A stretch of 64,000 nt of DNA, taken from the NCBI GenBank assembly GCA_950097015.1, contig CATNEN010000001.1:21018001-21082000 (forward strand), read 5' to 3'. The position numbers and the translations under genes were made by a program. The stretch comes from Macrostomum hystrix (Eukaryota > Animalia > Platyhelminthes). Below the pieces are notes generated by a model, which ran no database searches, was not told where the DNA came from, and saw only the letters and a program-made list of their open reading frames with translations. This document shows positions 21,860-35,339 of this stretch, one piece after another (the first letter of the stretch is position 1; every line of letters starts with the position of its first letter).

Positions 21860-22386
21860 GGATCTCATCAGTGATGTTATTTGCAAGCTTTTTCACCGTG
21901 AGACGTCTGTCTTCCTCAATAAACTTCGCCACAGTCCCAATATTATCTGGGGTCCGTACAGTCGGCTCCCGGTTCTGGCTGCGACCACCTGAGCCACCAT
22001 GGCCGGAGCGCAGTTGATCGAAGATATGATCATAAACTGAGTTCGGACAAAGTTTCATCCGGGTAAATGTCTTGCACGTGGCTTAAGCACTCCAATGCTG
22101 ACATTCCTGCTTTGAAGAAGTTCACAACAACCTCTTTCTGTTTTATCATCTTTAATGCCTCGAAGAATAGCGTAGGGCTAGTTTGATGAGTGTACTAAAG
22201 TTAAAAACAAGCTGTAGCGTAACAGCTTATGCTGGAAAGCGAAAAACCTGGGGAAGTTTCGGGAATAAGCATATGAACTTATAATAAGTATAAATATACT
22301 AAGAATAGAAGTCCAAGAAAACCTAAATTATTGTAACGTTCCCAATAACAATACTGTGTTGGCCCATTTTTGCCGGACAGCCCTCG
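21860..22386 (-). mobile_element. mariner-like transposon 5' fragment (TIR plus HTH region)
   Basis: Minus strand starts CGAGGGCTGTCC (mariner-type TIR). It then encodes FFKAGMSALECLSHVQDIYPD and, after a frameshift, PTVRTPDNIGTVAKFIEEDRRLTVKKLA. Confidence 0.7.
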
Positions 22387-22904
22387 AAAAGTATCCAATT
22401 CGACAGCCAAAACCACAATCATACTTACAGTAGCATTTGAATCTTTGTTCCTGCACTATGTTACGAGCAGTTCTTTTTGTTTAATTGACAATAATTTGTA
22501 CTTAAAGCCACTTTCTTTACATTAGTTTTTAAGTTTTTGTCGGCCTCCAATTTAACAACGATAGGCATTTTGCTGAAACATTTTATTAGTCTGCTTTTGC
22601 GACTTAAATCTTGATTTAACAATACTGTGGAATAAAGAAATATACCGTTACGTAGTAATGAAATCTTTCAATCATTTTTGTTGCGATTCAACACTGTGAA
22701 ATCATTTAACTTAAGCTCTCAGTCCTTTAAATTTAAACTCAAGCGTGAAAGTCAACTTAATTACTCAATTCTAAAACTACTTAGTATATTTATATTTTTT
22801 TTATACTAAGTCAATATAAACTCGTATATTTTTATGGTATATATCAGCAGTCAATGTTTTTTCACACCTGAAACCATCTCCCTCAACGAGGCCGAAGGAC
22901 TTGC

Positions 22905-23732
22905 TTAAGTGTGGACATTTCTTGGTCGCAAAGTTCTTCCTGAATACGGCTTCTTTCCTCCACCGGCGTATTCATTTATGCTTTCGCGTCTTTTTCTCTG
23001 GACACTCGCCGCCACCGCTTCCTCTCGCTGCTTCGCTTCCTCTTGCTGCTTCGCTTCCTCTCGCTGCTTCGCCGCCTCCGCTTCCTCTCGCTGCTTCGCT
23101 TCCTCTCGCTGCTTCGCCGCCTCCGCTTCCTCTTGCTGCTTCGCCGCCTCCGCTTCCTCTCGCTGCTTTAACGCCTGCGCTTCCTCTCTCCTTGCCTCCG
23201 CATCGACACTCTCGTTTTCAAATCTGGTGCCACTTGTACCTGCAGTACCACATATCTCAATTTTCATCTGCCGCACACAGATGATTGAAACTCGCAAAGC
23301 AGCTCGCAAATCCGGGCAGACAAAGCAAGTTCAAACTGTTTAAGTGCTTCAGAAACGAGCTGTTATTACTAGAAGACATATTTTGCACCTAAAAGACTCC
23401 ATCCATACAATTGAAGCCATTCTTTCCCTACCTCAGAAGCTTTCAGACGCTTGCTGGAATCCTGACGACAGTCTGACTCTTCACTACGTTTGCGAAAGAT
23501 GTCCACTCCATCATAGTAGGCAAGAGCGATACCTCGTTCAGAGATGTATTTAAAATTTGAACCTTCAATCGTGCGAATGTTTCCAATTGATAAGGAGACA
23601 CCCAGACTATCAGCTGCGCTGCGGACACCAGAGGCAACAATTTTAATGCCGACGACAAGATCTTCGTCCGGAATCGCCTTTGTCAACGGACCATTTGCTT
23701 CGAAAATTGAAAACGGGTCTTTGACAAAAGCC
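22905..23732 (-). other. Unidentified spliced coding relic with EEAEAAKQR charged repeat
   Basis: Polypyrimidine-AG acceptor at ~23733, an open frame to a GTAGG donor at ~23432, then 18/27-bp repeats at 23010-23170. No family recognised. Confidence 0.35.
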
Positions 23733-24088
23733 TGAAGTGAAGAATAAAATATGTAACGGGTTATTGCGAGCTATTTATTGGTGACACTTCCATACATGTA
23801 GACAACATAGACATAAAATCTTAGACGAAATAGCTACTGATTTTCATTGTTTTCATATTGAAACCAATACATGACTGCATAGGCATAGAGGATTACAATA
23901 TAAAACAGATAATATTGGTTTTTGCATGCTAGGTGAGACTTTTTCAAGCAATCTGAGACTGAATGGCAAAAACACTATTGTCTATGGCCACCACTCGCTG
24001 CAGCCCAGCTTTTTGGGCGCGCCTTGCAAGCAAAGTAAGGAATTTTTTAAAGCTAAGTGAGAACCATATTGAAAACAAAGGCTGGACT

Positions 24089-25175
24089 ATGGCATATCAA
24101 CTGCGTTCAACAAGCAACGAGGATGGAGAGCGCTTGGTCAATGCCATCGAAGATGGTTACTTAATTTCGACTGCGTCCAAAATCCTAAATCTGAACAAGA
24201 AGACGGCCTATCGGATATGGAGTCGCTACGCAGCTACTGGTGAGATCCATGCGTTGCAACGCGGTGGCCGCAAGCCGGGGTCAACAAAAATTGATGCTGA
24301 AATGCGGAATGCCGTTGAGCAGATAGTTGAGCGAAATCCCTGTTACTCTGACGGATGTGCAGAGAAAACTGACTTTGGAGTTGCCACAAAAGCCGGCTAT
24401 CTCTGAATCCACCATTGCTAGAGCGATGAACTCCATGCTTTTATCACTGAAAGTCGCCACCAAGGATGCCGACGTGAGGCTTGCTGCGAATACCCAGGAT
24501 GTGATACAAGCGAGGCGCGACTATGCCATGATGATGACGGGTCTGCTTGTGAATGACCTGGCTGTGTTTATCGATGAGACTGGCTACAACCCATGGACGA
24601 GAAGGACGCAGGGTCGAGCAAGAGTTGGCCAGCCTGTGCGACGAACGGTGGTAATGCAGAGGGGTCCCAACATGACGATGCGCTTGGCAGTGTCATCTGA
24701 CCTGTGTCTTTTCCACTGTACGCTGCAGCGAGGTGGTCAAACACAAGAGAGATTTCAGCAGTTTATTTTGGAACTAGCTAACATAATACAGGCCGATGCT
24801 CCTGGCAGACGAGTTATTCTCATTTTCGATGGTCCAAATTTTCACCAAGGGATTGAGATACCTGAGCAGTTTAAGGATCTCATTCGTCTGCAAATTTTAG
24901 CGGCGTACTCGCCGTTTTTGAATCCCGTGGAGATGGCGCACAGCGCTCTTAAGAGTGAGATCAAGCGTCGCCTTGTACTCGTAGAGCCCGCAATCGTGGC
25001 TGAGGAAAACGTTTGCCTACCAAGCATGACACGAGATGATTGGCGATACATGCTGATGGATCGGCTTGGAAGAGAATCGCTACATGTCATTACTCCGCAA
25101 AAGATCGCAGGCTGGGAGCTCCACTGCACTCGAAAGTTTGCTCAGTGTATCATCAACATGCAACCCTTTATTTGA
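24089..25175 (+). pseudogene. IS630/Tc1-like DDE transposase with one frameshift (~24345)
   Basis: HTH N-terminus (QRGGRK); FIDETGY, LIFDGPNFH, YSPFLNPVE (33 residues between D and E). Upstream TATTGGTTTT at ~23913 resembles the TIR start of 1102-2062. Confidence 0.88.
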
Positions 25176-27199
25176 ACGCTTTTAACATTATCAGCAATTT
25201 TTGCACCGCTTGTTTTGTTGTGTTCCTGCGTATCCTTTTCCAAATATATAGTTTCCGGCAGTACTGATGTGGAGTGTGCTGCGGGAATCGAGTGGGAATG
25301 TGAGCCAGCATAATTTGTCAAATTTTTAAGTATCTAATAATTGCGACCCACATAGCAGCTGGCCGCAAACAAGATCATTAATCTTAGGGCCGGGTTTGGG
25401 GCGGCGGTGAATTGAGTAGCCACCGAATCCCCTCTCCCTGGATCTGTCTAGACCCTCATAGGAATGACTGATCGCGGGCCATAACTCGCAGCACTGGCGC
25501 CCCTTTTCGGCCGCTGGCGCCCCTTTTTCAGCCGCTGGCTCCCGTTTTTCAGCCGCTGGCGCCCTTTCTTGGCTCCTGGCGCCCTTTTTCGGCCGCTGGC
25601 ACCCCCTCTGTGATTCTCATGGCGCTCCCCTGACAGACCGCCCCAAAACAAAATTCCTGGATCTGCCACTGACTGTATAGAGGAGTGGCTAAGAGACATG
25701 TTTCTAAAGAAGTAATCAAGAGAGGGCTGTTTGGACAAACTTTTCACTTATTTTTACTTAAAACGCCCTTAAACAAACTCTTCACTTTTCATTAATGCAG
25801 TAAATAAATAAATGGTGACCTTCACTATAAAGTTAATACAGAGACGTGAATTGCTTACTGCTTTGCTTTAAATTTCTGCCCCAAAAACAACGGGCAAAAA
25901 AAGCTAGTTAGCCTTATAAAATGAATTCTCAAAGTTCTGGCTTTGTACAAATAGAGTACACTTATAGGTTCTGTTCAGATCGTGCAGGCTTCTAACTCAG
26001 TCAGCTAGGGGGTGTTGCGCAAGTTGACGATGCAATTCCAATTCAGCGGCAGTCAGTGAAATTTTGACAAGGGTGAGAAAAGCTGTGATGCAATCTATTT
26101 ATAAATAAATTCGCACTGACTGTCTCGCCAGTGGGGTTGACACAGTAAAATTCTTATCAGTGTACTCACTTTTAACAAAACTGGCCCTGATGCAATCATT
26201 AAAATTGGCAGTGGTATGCACGTTGACAAAACAGGCTCTGATGTAATGCATTAAAAATCCAGTCAGGAAGCCTTTCCTTCAACTGACCACGGAAATTCCG
26301 TGGTAAAAAGCAGTTTTTCGCAAATTAAACAGCTTTAGAATTGTCAGAATTGTTAGCAAAATCTGCCACATCACCGCCGGAAAATTTGCAAACTAACAGT
26401 GCAAGTCCTGTCAAGATTGGTCTTGTGGTTCACTCTAAAACGTGAAATTCACCAACAGACAGACAAACAGACAAAGTCAACTTTAGTTATATAGATTACG
26501 TCATTTTTTTAATAAAATATTATTGACTATAGTGCAGGGAGCTACAATAACATTTTACAGTCTCAGCAAGGGCCTGAGATGAAAGTACACTGATTACATA
26601 ATACTCACAAACTGAGTTAAGCGTACACTGAGACTATAGACCATTCAAATAGTGACTATTCACTTCACAACTGCCTGTCTCTCCGTGCGTTTGGCGTTTC
26701 GCGAACGCGGCGGGGGGAGGGTTGCGCGCCAGTTTCAGCCGGCAGCCAATCAGAAACAAGGGCGGTTAGCTGAAATTGGCAGAGCTGGTTTAGAATGGTG
26801 AGATATGCTAAAATTATTTCTGGGAAATTCCACAAACCCGTAAGCCCCGTAAAACCCGTAAGTCCTGCGCAGACATGCTGGACTGGTATATAAAGTTTGA
26901 AATTTAATGAAAATTTTCAACAATGCATATCAACAACTACTTCCAGCTCTTCAGACCGTCGAGATATTCAATGTTTCTGGCCGAAGGTCCAATTTTACAC
27001 TTAAGAGCTAGTGTATTTCATACACCCCTATACACGAATTTGCACTGCGCCTCAGTGCGGCCTTTCCAGACCTTCAAACTTTATCACATTGTCACCCGAA
27101 TGTGCTTGCATCTTCTCCGACTTCGGTGGTCACCGACTTTTATCTAGACGGAGCTGCTGGACCTTCAACAAGTGGCACCAGCCGACTATGGAGTCCCTA

Positions 27200-29770
27200 A
27201 AGCGAATTTTTCTACTTTCGCTGATCAAGCCTCGACATTATGCAACACTCAACTACTATACATGCTACTCTAGTCTGTCAACCAATCAGTCACCACCCCG
27301 ACGCCGTCAGCACCGTCAGCAGGTCAATGGTAAAAAAGCGATCAGTGGTAATAATTACCTAGAATCCTTCGAAAAGTTCAGATTGCCGAAGTAAAACTTG
27401 CTCGCCACTCCAGTATTTGCCGATTCCACCGCTCTCCGCTTTCATCAGCAGATTGTTGTCAGCGGTGTACAGTTCTGATTTGAACACATAATGAAATGTG
27501 TCACTGGATTCGTCGGTCGGATTTCGAGCAGTCGTTGCCATGAAAAACTTGCCATGAAGACCATTTCTGGCCGGCTTGTCCTTCATGAAGACAGTGAAGG
27601 TGCAGTCGCTGCCATAATATCTAATGAGCAGTTTATCTATACAGATGTAGACTCCAGTAGGGATGCCAACCGGTTTTAAAACCGGTTTAAAAAAACGGTT
27701 TTTTGCAGGAAAACCGGTTCTATAAAAACCGGTTTTTTTGTCCGGTTTTTTGACGGTTTTCAATGGGTTTTTTATTTTAATTATGTCTCACAGAGTCACA
27801 ATTTTTGCACTTTGGAGAAAAAATAACTGGCAACAAATTTTTTCTAAATCGTTACTTTGTAACTTCATAATCGTAATTCGTAGTTGTAGTTGTAGAGTCT
27901 GAATTCCTGAAAAGAATATGAAAAACCTCGGAGTCCGCATGACTCAGTCAGTGACTCAGTACCGTACCAGTAGTACTCAGTGTCAGTACTCAGTATGGTA
28001 CTCAGTACTCAGTACTCAGTGTCAGTACTCAGTATGGTACTCAGTACTCAGTACTCAGTATTTCTCAGAAAAAGTCCTCAACTGCAACTGCAAGCATGCT
28101 CAACTCTGGAGAGTCGCATTGGCCGTGAACTGGAGTTCTTTCGCATTGCGCATCAGCGGGGAACACTGCTGACACAGCTTTTTGATAAGCTTCTACTAAT
28201 TCCGCCAACAAGTGTTGAAGCCGAGCGGTCATTTTCTGCTAGTGGCCTTTTTCTATCAAAGGTCAGGTCCCGGTTGTCAGACAGGACACTGTCCCGGCTG
28301 ATTATGCTTCGTCACTATTTTTTTAAGTGATTTTTCTGAATTTACTAAAGAGCAAAGACTATATTTATGCAGTGTTGGGCATTGTTAGATTTTTTAACTT
28401 CGTTAAGTTAATAAGCGTTAACAAAAAAACTTTAACTTTAACTTCAACTTTAGTTAACTTTAAAAAAAATGAATTTAACTTCGTTAATAAAAGTTAAAAG
28501 TTAAATTTACTCAAATTTTGTCCTGAGTATATTAAGCTGCACCATAGTACCCGTATTTTCCATTTGCCCTTTCATACTGGTTCTGATTCCTGAATTGGAA
28601 TAACTCTGCTTCTGGAACTTATCGTGAACTTTCTCGTGAAAAGGCTCATAGTCATTGACTCGTTATGTAAAAAATTAACCCGGAACCGGAAGCAAAAAAA
28701 GCTTCCTAGATTTGTAAATGTCTCATAAATATGTTAACGGACCAAGCCAATTGTTAAATTGAAAAAAGGTACCAAAAATTCGTTAAAAAGTTAACCCAAA
28801 AAAATAATTAACTTAGGTCCATTAACTTTTATGAAAAAACTTAACGCTTATTAACGCTTATTAACTTTTTAACGCTTTTTAACGGACCATTATTTAGACC
28901 GAATTAGAATTCGCTAATTCTGTTGCGCCCAAATTTTGGCAGCCATTATTGTACAATTTTATTTGTCATTAATAAATAAGTGAAATCGAAGTTTATTTTC
29001 TGTTAAAATTAGTAATATCTAAGTGTATCTATCTATCTTTAATGCGTATTTAGTGCTTTTTAAAAACTTGGCACACAAACCGGTTTTTTAAAACCGGTTT
29101 TCTTATAAAAGGCGGTTTTCAAACCGGTTAACCGGTTTTCAAAAAGGGCCGGTTTTTGCCATCTCTAGACTCCAGGCAGGACAGGCATTGTGAGGCGATC
29201 TTGAAATTGGCTGTACAGAGCTCGAATGCCATAAATCGGATCTCTGGCAGCCCTTGCGATCCTGCTCGCTCGACGTTTAAACCATAAGCAGCTCCAAATT
29301 TGCACAAAGAAATGTCTTGAGAAACTTGTCACCAATAAGGTGTGGATTGGATGACAGAGATCGACAGACCAAAGGTGCTGAAAACTTTCATTACGCATGT
29401 GAGCTCCTAAATAAAATGGTGCTCCAGCCTTCCATTTCAACAACGTCGCAATCTTCGAAGTCACTGCCAAATTTGCGATGGCCAGTCTCATTTGTCGCCC
29501 TGACGATTTCCTCCACAGCATCTCTGGGCAGGAAAAACAGGACGCATTCAACTTGACTCAAAGGAAAAGTTTGGATTTATTTGCGGCTCCAAGCGCGGCA
29601 CGGAATCACTTGGCCATCGCCGTGGATGCGGATGTTGAGTAGTGTAGCTAAATTCGTGATCCGGCAGATGCTTCATCTCATGAACTGGCTTCGACTAAGA
29701 TATATGTATTTCTTGCGACTCATCATCAGACAGAAACACGTCCTCATCGATTTCACTCACATTTGAGCCA
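27200..29770 (-). pseudogene. piggyBac-like transposase relic, interrupted by a hAT element
   Basis: LWSVDLCHPI...SRHFFVQIWSCLWF...RDPIYGIR...PG before the insertion. CIDKLLIRYYG...FMKDKPARNG...HYVFKSELYT and IITTDRFFT after it. Ends are approximate. Confidence 0.75.
27658..29167 (+). mobile_element. Non-autonomous hAT transposon retaining the dimerisation-domain fragment
   Basis: TIRs TAGGGATG / CATCTCTA. 8-bp TSD GACTCCAG at 27650-27657 and 29168-29175. Subterminal AACCGGTT repeats. IPPTSVEAERSFSASG...RSRLSD at ~28190-28330. Confidence 0.93.
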
Positions 29771-30425
29771 CTAGAATCGCAACTGATCGACCTTGAATCT
29801 TCAGTGGGGCAAGAGTCTTCGGCGTAACCTCGGTAGCTTGCCATTTGTTTTGCGCTGAACTATTTGTGCGTAGTTTATCTGCAGGCTCTGCAAGACATAA
29901 AACCTGGTCCTTTTCTTTGGTCCCTTCCTCTCCTTTCTCTTTGTTGGGTTTGTAAGTTGGGCCGGGGGTGGAGGTTTAACACCCACCCTGTCCTGGCTGA
30001 CACTTTGCTACCTTCCCCCAGCCGGTGATTCGCTCCAGCCGACATAACCTGACCGTCTTTACCCACACTGCTTTCTGTCTGCCATCTATCGAAAACCCCA
30101 ACCCCCCAACTGGTAAATAAATAAATATATATATATATATATATATGCGAGGGCTCTTCTAAGCTCCAATATATTACGAGCATTGTAGTATCGCACAGAG
30201 AAGACGAATATCGTAGTATATTTAGCTTGCACTTATTCAGCCAATAGCTTCTTCGTCCTACTGCTATAAGAAACATATATTCTGTTTCTTATTATATTCT
30301 TACCGAACGTGCGGTTCGAGACATTCGGGAATTTCTGCAGCGAAATGGCGCAACGCAAAAGGAAGTACAAAAGTTCATTTCATTTTGCTCCATCTACAAG
30401 GACACTAGAAAAAAAGAAGCACGCT

Positions 30426-31533
30426 ATAATAATAATAATAACGGACGCTGCGGAGGTTAGAAAACTGCAGCGAACACACGCTGCCGAAAAACGCGGGAGT
30501 CAGCCCTGGCAGCAGCCTGAGGGGAGAAGCCAAGACTCTGCAAGTCAGTTAAAAGGCAATCAAGTAGAGTCACGCGACGGCCCTGTCACGCCGAAGGCCT
30601 TCACTGGGCGGGTTGAGCAGAAAGCCCGCACCCCTCGCATGAGCCCGCAGGCAGTGGCCGGCAAGCATTTGCCGACGCCTTTGCAGGGAACGAGCGAAGG
30701 AGGGCACACGGGCTCTCGCGGTCAGCTCGGCGTTGCTCGCAGTCTCAGGGTAGCGGATGCCAAGCGCCGACCTCAGCAGGTGTCGGTGAGACGCCTCCAG
30801 GGCAGCCTCACGGGTAGGCGTCATCGGCACTGCTTCGAGGCCATATGCAAGGACGGATTCGACAGCTGAGCGGAAGAGGCCGATCTTCAGGACGTCGGAG
30901 GCAGTAGAGTCAAAGATGGTACGCAGAAGGTGGAGGGCGCGCCAGGCCTGTTGCTTGCGGTATTCGATGATTGCGTTGGCGTCCAAAATTTGCACACCTA
31001 AGTACTTAAAGTCCTGGCAGGTGTTGATGACATTGCCGTCTGGAAGTTGGAGTGGTGGGGCGGTTGCTGTGCCCATGTGCAGGACCTCCGTCTTTTTGTA
31101 GTTGATGTGAAGCCCGACTCTCCCGCCTTCCTCGGCCAGGCGACAGACCGCTCTCAGGGCTGCGTCAGGGTCGCAGCAGGTCAGGGCGACGTCGTCGGCA
31201 TAGGCGAGGCAGGTCAGGCGGACGCAGGGGAGCCGGGCACTACGCCTGCGGGTGACCATGAAGCCATCGTCGTCGCGTAGGGCGCGCCTGAGAACGAAGT
31301 CCATGACCATCACGAAAAGAAAAGGAGAAAGGGTGTCTCCTTGAAGAACACCAGAGGTGGTAGCGAACTCGGTCGTGGGCCCGTCTGCAGTCTGAATAAA
31401 AGCACTGGAGTCGGTGTAAAGGTCCATCACTGCTTGGATGAGCAATTGTGGAACGCCGTGTTCTTTGAGCAGCCATGCAATGGCCGGCCTGCTGATGGAA
31501 TCAAATGCTTTGCGGAAGTCGACGAAAACGATG
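30426..31533 (-). mobile_element. 5'-truncated RTE-like LINE (RT C-terminal half plus 3' UTR)
   Basis: FVDFRKAFDSI, GVLQGDTLSPFLF, LAYADD, FKYLG, LAGHCLR. (TTA)n tail at 30426-30441. Confidence 0.88.
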
Positions 31534-32320
31534 GTCCCACACAGATACGCCGGAAGAGACGCTCTAGCACATGCTCGAGCATTTCTTCCCCAGCATCCAG
31601 ACAGCGCAGGGCCAGCCAGACCAAACTGTGGGCGGGCAAGGCCTAGCAGTCTCTCGTCACCAAAGACCGCATCATACATGCGGCAAAGTCCTTTAATCAG
31701 TACAAAGCACCGGGCCCGGACGGCATCTACCTGGTGTTCTTGCACGAGGCAGTGAAAAAACCCTGCTTTCTGGACATGTTCTGTCAGCTTCTGTGGGCCT
31801 GCGTGGGGAGCTGGGCTAAGTACCAGCAACTTGGAGGGAGGCCCGCATGGTCTTCCTTCCCAAGCCTGCAAAAGACGACTATCAATCAGCCAAGGCCTAT
31901 CGTCCAATCAGCCTGACTTCCTCCTTCCTGAAGCTGCTTGAGAGACTGGTGCTCTGGCACCTTCTCTCTGTGGAGCTCAAGTGCTTCCCTCCCTCTCAGA
32001 ACCAGCACACTTTTAGGGCTGGCAGGTCCACTGAGAGCGCCCTCCTTTCCATCGTGGAAAAGCTGGAACGGGCTATGCTGGGTAACAGCTTCGCCCTTTC
32101 CGTCTTCATCGACATTGAGGGAGCCTTCGACAACGTCCATTGCGAAGCATTTCGTAGATCCCTTGAATCTAGGGCCATGCACCCCCACCTTGTCTGCTGG
32201 ATTATGTACATGATCCAGCACCGCTGTGGTGGCCAACCTAAATAGGCACTTGCTTTCAGCGCCAGTCCAGAAGGGGGCTCACAGGGTGAGGTTCTTACTC
32301 CTCTCCTTTGGAATCTTGTC
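31530..32320 (+). mobile_element. Second fragment of the R1/LOA-type LINE (RT N-terminal region), frameshifted
   Basis: High nucleotide similarity to ~12350-12855. Includes FLPKPAKDDYQSAKAYRPISLTS. Confidence 0.9.
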
Positions 32321-32814
32321 GTTTTTATGTTAGTAATTGTTATTAAAAGTTATTTAGGCTGCTAGCACAATAGCAGGCTAAAATCTGTACGTTATTAGTA
32401 GTATAAGAAAATGGTGAACCATGAATATAGGGACTAAAAATTTTGGTATACATTAGTATAGAGAAAAATTAGCATTCAAAATTTTAGCATACACTGGCAT
32501 GCAGGTTATCCTTTCCCAAAAATAATTTCCCTGTGCACCTGCCACCTTCTTGTCAGACTATGGACCCTATGGCCTAGCAAACCTATAATGTACTCATATT
32601 CTGAGTCTGCCAGCAGCAATGAAGCTAGACTTCTAATGTTAGCAGCTAGTGAACTAGCAACATAGTCTGCTAGCACCAGTGACACAAGTGCAAGTGCAAG
32701 AAATCATAGACTCTAGCAGAAACCCAGGCTCTGACACAGATGATGATTAGGCAGTCTTCTAGTTTCACACGTTTAATTCTTTTAAAGCACTCTATTATTT
32801 TTAGCAAAGCAATC

Positions 32815-33763
32815 ATGGCTAGACGCCCTGCAACACCAATGACAATCGTTCCAGTCACAGACCTGCTGCTGATCTGTGCAACCTGAACCCCTTGATGCGT
32901 GAGTTCAGTGCAATTATGGCTAGGAATGATAAGATGATCCACTGGCTGGCCACGTACCACCTGCTGGCCAATAAACGTTGCTGTGCCAATTGTCCTAGGT
33001 AGCCATCCATGCAGCTGCAGAGACGGGAAGGCGACTGCTTCATTGACTGCTGCTGCTGGGCTTGCCCACAATACCAGACGCAGGCCTCGATCCCAAAAGG
33101 ATCATTCTTTGAGGCTAGCCATCTGCCTCTGATGCAGCTGATGGATCTTATCTACTGGTGGGCAGTGCAGGCCAAGCAGGAGGATGCCCAGCAGCAATGT
33201 GGAAATGTTCTCTCCAGACAATCGTGGATTGGCAGAATTTTATCCGCAATGTCTGCGGCCAGTTCCTGCAGGACTACCCACTGTAGCTTGGAGGGCCTGG
33301 CATTGATGTCGAGATTGACAAGAGCTACTTTTTCCACCACAAATACCATCAGGGCCAGTATCGACCAGGTAAGTGGGTTCTTGGAATGGTTGAGCGTGGC
33401 TCTGGCCGCTGCATGATGGTGGCCATCCCAGATCGCAGCGTTGCTAGCATCCTACCCCTTGTGCAATGGTATGTGCAGCCCGGTACTCGCATTATCACCG
33501 ACCAGTGGCAGGCATAAAACCAACTGCCCAATCATTCGACGGTGAACCACCGGCTGCACTTTGTGGACCCTAACCACGCAGAAGTCTACACAAACATAGT
33601 GGAGGGCACATGGGCCCACACTAAGGCCCATTTCAGGGCCATGCATGGCACGTCCAAGGCCCTGTTCGACACCCACTTGGACTAATTTCTCTGGCATTGC
33701 TGCCACCCACGCAACACCTTTGGGAACATCCTTTTCTGGGTGGTGCACTATTATGCCGTCTGA
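32815..33763 (+). pseudogene. Merlin (IS1595/ISXO2-like) transposase pseudogene
   Basis: SIPKGSFFEASHL, TIVDWQNFIRNVC, GGPGIDVEIDKS, WVLGMVER, IITDQWQA, VNHRLHFVDP, TNIVEGTW. Several stops and a frameshift. Confidence 0.88.
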
Positions 33764-35089
33764 GCCATTATTATTTTTTTTAAAACTTCATTAACTGTCA
33801 TTTTAAGAACAGAAATAATTAAACGTGCGAAAGTAGAAGATTGCCTATGATTAATCTGAACTTGACTATGACTCTAAGATCAAGGAAAATAAATGGTTAT
33901 CTTGTCTTGTTATTTTTATCAGGTTTAAAATAGTATAAATAGTAAAAACATCAGATTTAAGTTTTTTTGTTCATAGTTTTTTGTTATTTATATCTTAATT
34001 AAACTTTTAAAAAATATTAATTTAAATTTAACTCTTTAGTTTCTAAACTATTTCAGTAGTAATAAAGTTATCAAAACAATTGAACTATACTAAAACTATT
34101 TATTTATATAAACAACTTAGCTGCGTTTACATAGTTTATACGTTTATATGTCTATTAATTTCGAAATTGCAGGTTTACACCACTGATTGTTGTAATCCAG
34201 AAAGATTAGGGCCTATGTAAAAAGAACAAAAAGTATAGAAAGGTCATAGACATACCTGTCTGTAGCTCAGTCTTTTTACGATTAGATGTCACAACAAGCT
34301 GAAAACAAACAATTATGACTTATAACATGCACAGAGTAATAAATTCCATCTGTTTATTTTTACTAGCTATTCTGTGCACGATGTTAAGCATGCACGCACC
34401 TTACCCCGCAGGCACGCACGCACTGCCCGCCAGACGTTGCGCAGTTGCAGCGTATAACAAAAGTTTCTCGATGCAATGTTCTGACAGATCTTAGTTAACA
34501 AATTGTAATAATAGAGGTATAAAGTTGCATTTTTTTATTGAAAATCTAAATTGAAGTGTAGAAAAAATATTACATTTTTTCACCGAAACAGTTGTCGGTC
34601 CATTTCAATGCATTAATATAAACTTCTATTGAATTTAACTCAATGGGACATTACAGAACCTCTGATGCAGTCGATTTCATTAAAATTTTAATGCTTAAGA
34701 GTGATTTATCCAAGAGTCTGCGAGTTATTCAAGGTTATAAATGTGTTTGAGTCTCCGCATAGTGTATTTGGGGAGATTTTGGGACATTTGCTGGCTGAGA
34801 TTTCTGAGAATTTCAAGGAAATTAATTTTTGAAGCCTTTGGCAATCGGTCCTGGATTTTTTATACAGTGTCCAGGAGTTGCAGTTGAGAGAATCATTGTC
34901 CGTCGGAGCGAATTCTAGTAAAAGAAGCTTCAGACACAAGAGTTAAAGTGTTTGTACATCTTATTAGTATCAAATTCATTTTTACAAAGTGCTTAGGTTT
35001 TAGTATACACCACTAAAACCTGGTAGCAGATGTTGGATCTGTGCATGCAGAGTGCAGCAGACTCATACCTGTAACAATCGTGCAATTTA

Positions 35090-35310
35090 CGCCCTTCAGG
35101 GCCAACCTCTAAGGCACAGTGAAGTGTGCGATTCGATGAGAAAGTCAGGGCAGATGTACACACCTGTGTGAGCGTATGCCTGCGTACAGTATCTGTGTGC
35201 GTGTGTGCTCAGGAGTCAGCGAAATGGGTAGATTTTCCTCTTCGCTGGCTGTGGGTCTAGTGTCACTAAATGATGTGCCATTGCCAGCAGCCATCCTGCA
35301 ATTATTATTA
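35090..35310 (+). mobile_element. SINE family A, 5'-truncated copy
   Basis: Matches the body and tail of 46611-46954. Confidence 0.8.
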
Positions 35311-35339
35311 CGAGCGTATTACTATTATCACTGAAGAAT

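Noticed and set aside
30570-31907. 445-aa ORF as one protein
   Set aside because: The N-terminal ~125 aa are the antisense of a LOA fragment. Only the remainder is RTE RT.
33863-33882. 28S R2 target-like ACTATGACTCT
   Set aside because: The match is only 11 bp in AT-rich DNA, with no other rRNA sequence.
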